In this document: positions 19,693 to 27,488 of the stretch, piece after piece
How positions within the stretch are numbered: position 1 is the first letter of the stretch
Layout: the number at the start of each line of letters is the position of its first letter
From: Chthoniobacteraceae bacterium
GTDB taxonomy: Bacteria > Verrucomicrobiota > Verrucomicrobiia > Chthoniobacterales > Chthoniobacteraceae
Assembly (NCBI GenBank): GCA_031409655.1
Contig: JANNXQ010000293.1
Coordinates: forward strand, 1-31,250
Length of the DNA: 31,250 bases
Reading direction: 5' to 3'
The notes under the pieces: model-generated
What the model saw: only the letters and a program-made list of their open reading frames with translations
What the model was told of the DNA's origin: nothing
The model's database searches: none
Position numbers and translations under genes: made by a program

Positions 19693-22600
19693 CTACATCC
19701 CGCGCGTGCGCAATTGCCGCTTCAGCACGTAGTGCAGCAGGGCGAGCAGGGCCGTGGAGGTCAGCACGAGGATGCCGGTGTTGAAAATATAGACGCTCGT
19801 GCGCAGACTGACGTCGAGACTTTCCTTCAACCCGAGAAACTTGAGCCAGCGCGGCGTGAGCGTGAAGAAGTGGTGGTGCTTCTCCGGGCTGAAAAAGACG
19901 TTGATCATCCGCTGGCGCCGGTAGTCGCTTTGCTCCGTCTCGGCCTTGGCCACGAGGTCGTTGACCTTTTGATTCGTGTAGAGTCGCTCGGCTGTAAGGC
20001 CGCTGGTCTTGCTGCGGAGTTCGGCAGCGTCGAGCGGTCCGCCGCCGATCACTTTGTCCACCCGGCGCAGGCGGCGCTCGATCTCGGGGAGGGTCGCGCT
20101 TTCGAGTCCGCTGAGGAGCGCGAGGGTATCTTTCAAATCTTCGAGCCGGTCATCATCGGCGGAGGCGCGCGGGCGTTTCGCGACGAGCGCATCGATCTGC
20201 CGCTGGATGCGATCCTGCCGCGAGGCGAGGGGGTTCAATTTCGCCTGCGCCACGATGAGCGCCTCGTAGGTGTAGTGCGTGGCCACGAAGCGGCTGATCA
20301 GCGGCACTTGCAGGCGGGAGTCGTCGCGATCCGCGACGGTCGCCGGATTCGCGTGCGTGCTGAACCAGCGTTTGAAGGTGTAGATGCTGTCGAGGTTGCG
20401 ATTCATCTCCTCGTACTTGATCAGCGCGCCGCCAAAGATGAGCTGCGGGATGAGCACGAGAGGGACGATGTTTGCCGCCGCTTTCCCGTCTGGTGCGAGC
20501 GAGGAAATGGCGAGACCCAGGCTCGTGCCGCTCATCGCCGTGATGAACATGAAGAACCAGTACTCGAAGAGCATGCCGCGGATCTCGAGGATGGAATTGC
20601 CGACGATCACGAAGAGTGCGCACTGCACGCCGGAGAAAAGCGCGAGGGTGTTGAATTTCGCGAAGATGTAGTAGGGCAGGCGGACGTCGAGATTGCGCTC
20701 CCGGTGCAGCACCACGCGATCGCGGATGATGTCGTCCACGGAGTTCATGAGGGCCAGAAACATGGCCACGAGCAGCGCGATGAAAATGTAGGTGGGAATG
20801 TGAAAGGCGCTGGCGAACTCGTAGGTCTTGACGGCTTCGTCGTCGGTGAACAAGAGCGCCCAGCCGATGAGCGCGGCGAGCGCTGGTGGGACCACGGCGG
20901 TGATGATGAGATTGCCGCGGTTGCGCATCTTCGAGATGAAGGCGCGGCGCATGAGGGTGCGAAATTGCGTCCACTCGTCGCGCCAGCGGATCGACTCGCG
21001 GCGCCGCACTGGCGGCTCCTCCGGGACCGTCGCGGCGCGCTCGGCCTGCTTGCGCAGATTCACCAGGCGCATGTCCTGGTAGAGGCGATGGCTCTCGTAT
21101 TTGTCCCGCCAGTAGTCGGGAGAGAAGCGGCGCGCGGGCACGAGTTGTCCTTGCGTGTTTTCCTCGTAGATGATGTCGCCGCTCAGGTCGCGGAGCGGCG
21201 TCTCGAGCACGTCGAAGATGAACTCCGGCCGCGTGGTGCCGCAGGCCGGGCAGCCGCCGAGTTCGGTGCCGAAGTGCTGCTCGTGTTCGGCCGCGGCGAA
21301 GTATTGCAGCATCTCACTCGGCGTCCCGTAGAAGACCATCTTGCCGCCCTTATCCAGGAGCAGGGCCTTGCTGAACATCTGGAAGAGTTTGCTCGTCGGC
21401 TGATGGATCGTGACCATGACGATCTTGTTGTGCCCCATGGAGCGGATGATCTCGATGACGTGCTCGCTGTCCTTCGAGCTGAGGCCGCTGGTCGGCTCAT
21501 CAAAGAGGAACACGTCCGCGCTCGAAATCATATCGAGGCCGATGTTCAGGCGCTTGCGCTCGCCACCGGAGAGGCGCTTTTTCACCGCGCTGCCGACCAC
21601 TGCGCCACGCCGCTCCACGAGACCCAACTCGACGAGTCGGCCCTCGATGCGCCGCGTGCGATCGCGCCCGGAGAGATGGGGCGAGCGGATGGCGGCGGCG
21701 AATTCCATGTTCTCTTCGATTGTCAGATGATCGTCGAAGGCATCGTCCTGCGGGATGTAGGCGATGAATTTTTTCAGCGCATCGCGATCCGCGTAGAAGG
21801 ACTGGCCATTGAGCAAGATCTCGCCCTGCTGCGGCTGGAGCTGTCCGGCGAGGCTGCGGAGCAGCGTGCTCTTTCCACAACCGCTCGCGCCCATCACGCA
21901 GACCAGTTCGCCGCGATTCACGCTGAAGGAGATCCCGTCCATCGCCGTCTGGTCGCGGCGAAATTTATGCGTCACATCGCGCACATCGAGCGAGGAGATG
22001 ATGTTCCGCTCCTCCTCCACGATGCGGTCCGTGAAGTTGCAGCGCAGCACCTGGCCGGTGTCGATGCGGATGGTGTCCCCGTCCTTCAGATCCGCGGTGC
22101 CTTTCACCGGCACATCGCCGATCTGGATTGGCCGGTCCGAGTGCAGCACCTCCAGCTTGCCGACCTTGTGTTCGTAGTCGCAGAGGATCTTCAGCAGCAC
22201 CTCGCCACCCGTGCCGGGCGAGAGGAGGATGTCGTCCTGATCGAGCAGCGAGGGGTTGTTCGAGACGAGATAGCCGGACTTGTAAGCCTTCAGTTGAAAG
22301 CGACCGCCGAGGGCGCGGGCGCGGCGCCGCAGATCGCTCAGCGGGAGTTCGGAGTTATTGTGAAAGACGATCCGGTCATCGAGCGTCGCGTCGAGCGTCA
22401 CGCCCTGCCGGAGCGCCACCCCATTGAGCAGCGCGTCCACATCCTTGAGGGCGCGCACCTGCACCTTCAGGCCGAATTTCACCTCCAGGCAGGACTCGCG
22501 CGTCCGCACTTTATCCAGCTCCACTTCGTCCGTGGCGTCGATGTTCAGATACACCTGCGCGAGCGAGACGTTCTTCTTCGCATTAAAATAGTAGGCGAGA

Positions 22601-23373
22601 TCCTGATAAGTGAGCACCTGCTCCCCGAGCACGATGCGCTGGCCCGAATACACGCGGCAAAAGGAACCCGGCCCGAGCGGCCGCCCGCGCACCACGATGC
22701 CTTTGTTCGTCTGATTCTTGAGCAGGATCAGATCGTGATAGCGGAAGGCCACGAGCCGCTCCGCGCCCTCGAGCCCCTTCAGCCGCACATCCGCCCGCGC
22801 ATTCGCCCCGAAGGTCAGCGACTCCAGCGGCGACTGCCCTTGCTGGAAAATATTGCGGTCCGCGTCATCCGCAGCATTGAGCTGATAGACGATGTCGATC
22901 GCCTGCGTGGCCATGCCGAGCTGGGTCATGAAGCCGTAGAAAGTCACGACCTGCTGCTGATCCATGCCCGCCTTGGAGATCAGATCGTAGAGCTGCACCC
23001 CGAGCATCACCTTCCGCTCCGTGGAAAGTTCCGTCGCGAGCTTCGCCGCCATCGCGCTCAGATCCTGTTGCTCGTTCAGCGCCTGGCGGAAAAGTTTCCG
23101 CAGCTCCGCATAGACCGCCTCCGGATAGTCGTAGCGCAGAAAACCGAGCGAGGAATCGATTTCCTCCTCGATGACCTCTCCATTCGCCTTTGAGAAAGCC
23201 GCCAGCACATGGATGAGATGCGGCAGCAGATTCGGGCTCTCCATCACCGTCCGCGGCTTGCCCATCACCCGCCGCCCGAGGAATCCCGCAAGCCGGCGCA
23301 CCCGATGCAGCAGAGGCGAACTCTGGAGCTTCTGCTCGAGCTGTTGTTTGAGTCCGTCAGGTATCGAAGTCAT
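19693..23373 (-). CDS. ABCG/White-type ABC transporter (NBD + ABC-2 permease) with N-terminal TerB-like and FHA-like domains, 1226 aa
   Basis: Walker A GASGCGKST, IPQDD Q-loop, LSGGERKRLNIGL, LFDEPTSGLSS, TIHQPT, and a TMD with RERNL and IPQLIFGG. Start placed at ATG 23373 (MTSIPDG). The accessory domains were assigned by eye. Confidence 0.88.
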   Translation of the reverse strand: MTSIPDGLKQQLEQKLQSSPLLHRVRRLAGFLGRRVMGKPRTVMESPNLLPHLIHVLAAFSKANGEVIEEEIDSSLGFLRYDYPEAVYAELRKLFRQALNEQQDLSAMAAKLATELSTERKVMLGVQLYDLISKAGMDQQQVVTFYGFMTQLGMATQAIDIVYQLNAADDADRNIFQQGQSPLESLTFGANARADVRLKGLEGAERLVAFRYHDLILLKNQTNKGIVVRGRPLGPGSFCRVYSGQRIVLGEQVLTYQDLAYYFNAKKNVSLAQVYLNIDATDEVELDKVRTRESCLEVKFGLKVQVRALKDVDALLNGVALRQGVTLDATLDDRIVFHNNSELPLSDLRRRARALGGRFQLKAYKSGYLVSNNPSLLDQDDILLSPGTGGEVLLKILCDYEHKVGKLEVLHSDRPIQIGDVPVKGTADLKDGDTIRIDTGQVLRCNFTDRIVEEERNIISSLDVRDVTHKFRRDQTAMDGISFSVNRGELVCVMGASGCGKSTLLRSLAGQLQPQQGEILLNGQSFYADRDALKKFIAYIPQDDAFDDHLTIEENMEFAAAIRSPHLSGRDRTRRIEGRLVELGLVERRGAVVGSAVKKRLSGGERKRLNIGLDMISSADVFLFDEPTSGLSSKDSEHVIEIIRSMGHNKIVMVTIHQPTSKLFQMFSKALLLDKGGKMVFYGTPSEMLQYFAAAEHEQHFGTELGGCPACGTTRPEFIFDVLETPLRDLSGDIIYEENTQGQLVPARRFSPDYWRDKYESHRLYQDMRLVNLRKQAERAATVPEEPPVRRRESIRWRDEWTQFRTLMRRAFISKMRNRGNLIITAVVPPALAALIGWALLFTDDEAVKTYEFASAFHIPTYIFIALLVAMFLALMNSVDDIIRDRVVLHRERNLDVRLPYYIFAKFNTLALFSGVQCALFVIVGNSILEIRGMLFEYWFFMFITAMSGTSLGLAISSLAPDGKAAANIVPLVLIPQLIFGGALIKYEEMNRNLDSIYTFKRWFSTHANPATVADRDDSRLQVPLISRFVATHYTYEALIVAQAKLNPLASRQDRIQRQIDALVAKRPRASADDDRLEDLKDTLALLSGLESATLPEIERRLRRVDKVIGGGPLDAAELRSKTSGLTAERLYTNQKVNDLVAKAETEQSDYRRQRMINVFFSPEKHHHFFTLTPRWLKFLGLKESLDVSLRTSVYIFNTGILVLTSTALLALLHYVLKRQLRTRGM

Positions 23374-23660
23374 GCGTGGGCGCGGCGGCCCGTATCCTTT
23401 GAAAGTAGCTGCCGTGGACGAATGCGGCGAGGGAGAAATCGAGCCGCCTGGTGCAAGGAGCCCGCCAAATGGAGCAAACCACCGTGGACAAAACGGGGAG
23501 ACCCACGCGCCGCGGCGGGCGGCTGGCGGGTGCCGGTGCGCAGTTTCCCCGACCGGCGTCGGAAGCGAGACCGAACGGTGGATAATTCGCCACACTTGGT
23601 AAAAGAACGACAGAGGTCGCCGTCCCGTGGCGGTAAATCCCCATTTTCCGCGAAACAAAT

Positions 23661-23737
23661 CCCGAACCTGCAGACCTAAACGCCAAACCCGAAGTCCGAA
23701 ACGCCGAACCAGGACACCGAAACGCCGAACCCGATGG
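23661..23737 (+). repeat. Degenerate heptamer tract with a 21-bp (3x7) superperiod
   Basis: cccgaac ctgcaga cctaaac / gccaaac ccgaagt ccgaaac / gccgaac caggaca ccgaaac / gccgaac ccgatgg. Confidence 0.7.
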
Positions 23738-23775
23738 GGGATGAGAAACGGAGGAGTCCCCTGATTTTGGCGCTA

Positions 23776-23942
23776 AGAGCCCTGTTAAAATATCCGGCCT
23801 CGGTGGATGGCGCGCTCCGCCGCGCCATGAGCACATCCGCGCGCATCGCCACCCTGCGCAGATGGGCCTGCGGCGAGCGTTTGGCATGGCGGGACAGAGC
23901 GCACCATCCACCGAGCGCCGAGAGGTCTTTCCACAGCCTTCT
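23776..23942. mobile_element. Degenerate MITE-like element containing a REP-like hairpin
   Basis: Ends AGAGCCCTGTTAAAA ... TTTCCACAGCCTTCT. Internal IR CTCGGTGGATGGCGCGCTCCGCCGCGCCATG / CATGGCGGGACAGAGCGCACCATCCACCGAG. Confidence 0.5.
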
Positions 23943-23988
23943 CGTCGGACCGCAGGAAAGAGGTGCGCCGCTCCGGGCCTCCCGGAGA

Positions 23989-24016
23989 TTGACGCTCCGG
24001 GCGAGCTTGCTAGTTT
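23989..24016 (+). promoter_or_regulatory. Candidate sigma70 promoter for korAB
   Basis: TTGACG-N16-TAGTTT with an extended -10 (TGc), 60 nt upstream of the ATG. Confidence 0.45.
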
Positions 24017-24076
24017 GCCGTCCCTCCCGGCTCCCGGGAGGCTGTCTGCCCCACCTTTTTTCATCCTATCTACGCC

Positions 24077-25885
24077 ATGAGCGAATCCTCTCTTGCCGCC
24101 ACTTCCGACGACGGCTCCAAAGTCTTCAAGATCTCCGAAGCCGTGATCCGCATCGCGGGAAATTCGCAGGACGGCATCCAGGCTATCGGCGGTTTCCTGG
24201 CGCGGCTCGCGGGGCGCAGTGAGCAGGAGGTGATGACGTTCATGACGATCCCTTCGACGATCTCGGGCGGGCCTTCGATCTTTCAGGTGCGCATCGGCTC
24301 GGGCGAGGTGCTGAGCGCAGGGGATGAGGCGGATGTGCTGCTTTGTTTTTACGATCATAGTTATGCGAATCACATCTCGTCGCTGAAGACGGGCGGGATT
24401 GTGCTTTATGATTCCGATCATGTGACGCCGGCGGAGGAGATGCTCGGCACTTACCGGCATGTGGGGGTGCCCATCTCGTCGCTCACGGTGGAGGCGGTCG
24501 GCGGCACGGGGCGGGATAAGGGGAAGAATATCTACTCGCTCGGTTTGCTGGCGCGGATTTTTGATCTCGATGTGCCGAAGCTCACGAAACTGATCGAAGA
24601 ACGTTTCGGCGGGAAGGATCCCTCGGTGGTGCAAAATGCACTCGCCTGTTTCACCGCGGGCTACGGCCATGAGGTGCAGGGTTTGATGCACGCGTTTCAA
24701 TTTCAACACGCGGACAAAGGCGGCCGGCAGCAGGTGGTGATGAGTGGCAATGAGGCGCTGGCTTTCGGGATCATCGCGGCGGGGGTGCGCTTCGGCGCGG
24801 GATATCCGATCACGCCTTGGAGCGACATCATGGAGCTGCTTCGGCGCGAGTTGCCGAAGTATGGCGGCAGTTTCATCCAGACGGAGGATGAGATCGCGGC
24901 GATCTCCATGGCCATCGGCGGTAGTTACGGGGGCCGGGTGGCGGTCACGGGGTCGAGCGGGCCGGGGATCTCACTGAAGACGGAGGCGCTGGGCTGGGCT
25001 TCCATGGCGGAGGTGCCGGTGGTGATCATCGACGTGCAGCGCGGCGGGCCGAGCACCGGGATGCCGACGAATGTGGAGCAGAGTGATCTGAATATCGCGT
25101 GCTTCGGTGGCCACGGGGATAGCCCGCGCGTGGTCCTCGCGCCATCCAGTGTGGAGGATTGTTTCTACACCGCGATCGAGGCGGTGAATATCGCGCGCAA
25201 ATACAGCACGCCGGTTTTCATCTTGTCCGATCAGGGCATCGCCACGCGGATCGAGGCCTTCCCGTACCCGGACCTCGAGAAAGTCTGCCAGGACATCTCG
25301 CCGGACTTTTCACCGGTGGCGGATCACAAGCCCTACGACCTGAGCGCGACGGACGGCATCACCCGCCACCTCGCGCCGGGCACGCGCGTGGAGAGTGGGA
25401 AGTATCCCGTGGTCACCGGGCTGGAGCACGACGAACTCGGCCACCCGACGGGATCGGGGAAAGTGCATACGCAGATGAATGCGAAGCGCCGCAATAAGCT
25501 GAAGAAGCTGGGCGCCGAGCTGCCGCTGCCAGTGATCTACGGCGCCTCCGAAGGGCACGTGCTGCTGGTCGGCTGGGGTTCGGCGAAAGGGCCGATCGAA
25601 GAAGCGGTGAAGAAAGGGCGCACCCAGGGCGAAGCCGTGTCGGGTCTGCATCTCAAGTATCTGAACCCGCTGCCGAATGGTCTGGAGAAGATCTTCAGCG
25701 GCTTCACCCACGTGGTGGTGGTGGAGCTGAATGACGAAGGGCTCTACGGTTACGGCCAGCTCTGCGCCATCCTCCGCGCGCGTTACTGCGATGCGCGCAT
25801 CAAAGGCCTCACGAAGACGGATGGCCTCACCTGGAAAGTCGGCGAAATCCTCAACCGCGTCCTCTCGCTCACGAGTAAGAAGTAA
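24077..25885 (+). CDS. korA: 2-oxoacid:ferredoxin oxidoreductase subunit alpha (gamma-alpha fused type)
   Basis: IRIAGNSQDGIQ, SGNEALAFG, GYPITPWSDI, QTEDEIAA, SSGPGISLKTE, DVQRGGPSTGMPT, GLEHDE. Substrate specificity cannot be determined from sequence. Confidence 0.9.
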   Translation: MSESSLAATSDDGSKVFKISEAVIRIAGNSQDGIQAIGGFLARLAGRSEQEVMTFMTIPSTISGGPSIFQVRIGSGEVLSAGDEADVLLCFYDHSYANHISSLKTGGIVLYDSDHVTPAEEMLGTYRHVGVPISSLTVEAVGGTGRDKGKNIYSLGLLARIFDLDVPKLTKLIEERFGGKDPSVVQNALACFTAGYGHEVQGLMHAFQFQHADKGGRQQVVMSGNEALAFGIIAAGVRFGAGYPITPWSDIMELLRRELPKYGGSFIQTEDEIAAISMAIGGSYGGRVAVTGSSGPGISLKTEALGWASMAEVPVVIIDVQRGGPSTGMPTNVEQSDLNIACFGGHGDSPRVVLAPSSVEDCFYTAIEAVNIARKYSTPVFILSDQGIATRIEAFPYPDLEKVCQDISPDFSPVADHKPYDLSATDGITRHLAPGTRVESGKYPVVTGLEHDELGHPTGSGKVHTQMNAKRRNKLKKLGAELPLPVIYGASEGHVLLVGWGSAKGPIEEAVKKGRTQGEAVSGLHLKYLNPLPNGLEKIFSGFTHVVVVELNDEGLYGYGQLCAILRARYCDARIKGLTKTDGLTWKVGEILNRVLSLTSKK

Positions 25886-25910
25886 CATTTTCCCAGACCT
25901 AACCTTGACC

Positions 25911-26864
25911 ATGAGCACGCTCGCTTTTCCCGCTGAATCCCTCACTCGCACGACCGATGCACCCGCTGCCGGCCCCATCCCGCCGGAGGCTGAACGCAAG
26001 GGGCTGACGAAGAAAGAGACCGCCGCCGATCACCCGACGTGGTGCCCTGGTTGTGGTGACTTCTCGGTGCTCGCGCTCTACTACAAGCTCATCGAGAAGC
26101 GGAAAGTCTGGCACGAGAAGATCTGCACCATCGCGGGCATCGGTTGCTCGTCGCGCTTCCCGTATTTTGTGCAGGCGCACGGGGCGCACTTCATCCATGG
26201 GCGAGCCCTGGCCTTTGCCAGTGGCGTGTCGCTCTCGCGTCCGGATCTCCATGTCTTTGTCTTCGGCGGCGATGGCGATGCCTTTTCCATCGGCGGTAAT
26301 CATTTCACCCATACCGCGCGGAAGAACGTGAAGATGACTTATGTGGTCATGGATAACTTTGTCTATGGGCTGACTAAGAAGCAGACCTCACCGACGTCGC
26401 CGATCGGCTTTAAGTCGAAGACCGACGTCTGGGGTTCGCAGGATCGCCCGATCAATCCGCTGAAGCAGGCCATCGCCGCGGGCGCGACCTTTGTGGCTCG
26501 CTCCACGGCCACGAATATCCCGCAACTCCTGAAGATGATGGAAGCCGCGATGGATCACGACGGCTTTAGTTACATCGAGTGCTTGAGCGAGTGCATCGAG
26601 TTTTACCCCGGCGCCTTTGACGGCGCAAACCCGCGCAAGGGTGGCACCTTCCCCGAAGTGCCCGCCGAGCACGACGTGACGGACGAGGTCGCCGCTTACA
26701 AGCTCGCCGGCAATGAGTGGCCGGGGATGTTTGGCATCTTCTATCAAGCCACTCGCCCAACGAAGAACGCGAATGAAGCGAAGATTGTCGCCGACCATCG
26801 CGCGAAGGTCGAAGGGCTCGCCGACTGGCAGATCTTGAAGAAGAATTTCGACCGGATGAAGTAG
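25911..26864 (+). CDS. korB: 2-oxoacid:ferredoxin oxidoreductase subunit beta (TPP-binding)
   Basis: PTWCPGCGDF, GIGCSSR, IHGRA, and TPP motif GDGD...GGNH...DNFVYGLTK. Start at ATG 25911. Confidence 0.9.
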   Translation: MSTLAFPAESLTRTTDAPAAGPIPPEAERKGLTKKETAADHPTWCPGCGDFSVLALYYKLIEKRKVWHEKICTIAGIGCSSRFPYFVQAHGAHFIHGRALAFASGVSLSRPDLHVFVFGGDGDAFSIGGNHFTHTARKNVKMTYVVMDNFVYGLTKKQTSPTSPIGFKSKTDVWGSQDRPINPLKQAIAAGATFVARSTATNIPQLLKMMEAAMDHDGFSYIECLSECIEFYPGAFDGANPRKGGTFPEVPAEHDVTDEVAAYKLAGNEWPGMFGIFYQATRPTKNANEAKIVADHRAKVEGLADWQILKKNFDRMK

Positions 26865-26876
26865 CGGGCGACCGCT

Positions 26877-26998
26877 GGGAGCGCCGCCGTCCTCGTGCGG
26901 CAACATTTGTGCGCGCAGCGCCATCTCAGAGAGCAAAGTTGCGCAGGTGGCGCGCTGCGCGCGAGCAGGACGAGGCCGCACGGGACGGCGGCGCTCCC
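26877..26998. repeat. REP/REPIN-like long inverted repeat, family A copy 2 (after korB)
   Basis: GGGAGCGCCGCCGTCCTCGTGCGGC / GCCGCACGGGACGGCGGCGCTCCC; essentially the same arms as 14130-14251. Confidence 0.85.
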
Positions 26999-27014
26999 GG
27001 AGATTTCCCTTGCG

Positions 27015-27034
27015 TGGATTACGTCTGTAATCCA
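27015..27034. promoter_or_regulatory. BlaI/MecI/CopY-type operator palindrome
   Basis: TGGATTAC-GTCT-GTAATCCA. The core TACGTCTGTA is one mismatch from TACA-NN-TGTA. It lies 31 nt upstream of the repressor ATG and next to a TTGCGT -35-like hexamer. Confidence 0.8.
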
Positions 27035-27065
27035 TAGCTGTTTCACGTCCCCGCTTTCTCCCCCA

Positions 27066-27488
27066 ATGAGCCTCTCCGAACCCGAACGCGCACCCCGTAT
27101 CTCCGATGCGGAATGGACGGTGATGAAGTGCTTCTGGAGTCTCGGCCCGATGGGGATGGGCGAGGCGATGAAGGCGCTCGAGGGCGTGCTGCATTGGAAG
27201 CCGCGGACCGTGCAGACGCTCATCCGCCGGCTCGTGGACAAGGGCGCGCTGCGGGCCGAGAGCCTCGGTCGGGACTTTCGTTACCATCCAGCGGTGGCGC
27301 AGGAGGATTGCCAGCGCGACGAAGGGCGCTCCTTTCTGCAACGCGTCTTCGATGGTCGGCTCGCGCCGTTTGTGGCTTCGATGGTGGATCGCGAGGAGGT
27401 CTCGCGGGATGAACTCGCGGCCTTGCGGAAACTCCTCGACGACGCGGAAAGCAAGTCTGCGCGCCCGGCGAAAACGGGAAAGAAGTGA
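27066..27488 (+). CDS. BlaI/MecI/CopY family transcriptional repressor
   Basis: ISDAEWTVMKCFW, WKPRTVQTLIRRLVDKGAL, FRYHPAV, FLQRVFDGRLAPFVASMV. Start at ATG 27066. Confidence 0.93.
   Translation: MSLSEPERAPRISDAEWTVMKCFWSLGPMGMGEAMKALEGVLHWKPRTVQTLIRRLVDKGALRAESLGRDFRYHPAVAQEDCQRDEGRSFLQRVFDGRLAPFVASMVDREEVSRDELAALRKLLDDAESKSARPAKTGKK

Noticed and set aside
19390..23193. Very long antisense ORFs (1267 aa here; also 10827-12719, 15402-17213, 27599-30403)
   Set aside because: Shadow ORFs opposite well-supported genes in GC-rich DNA, with no recognisable motifs.
23374..23660. Riboswitch (c-di-GMP-I or cobalamin) in the long ABC/korA spacer; also the 95-aa N-terminal extension of the ABC ORF
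   Set aside because: A GCAAACC fragment is present but the GAAA-loop stem and other consensus elements are missing. The extension has non-protein-like composition. An Rfam scan would settle the riboswitch question.
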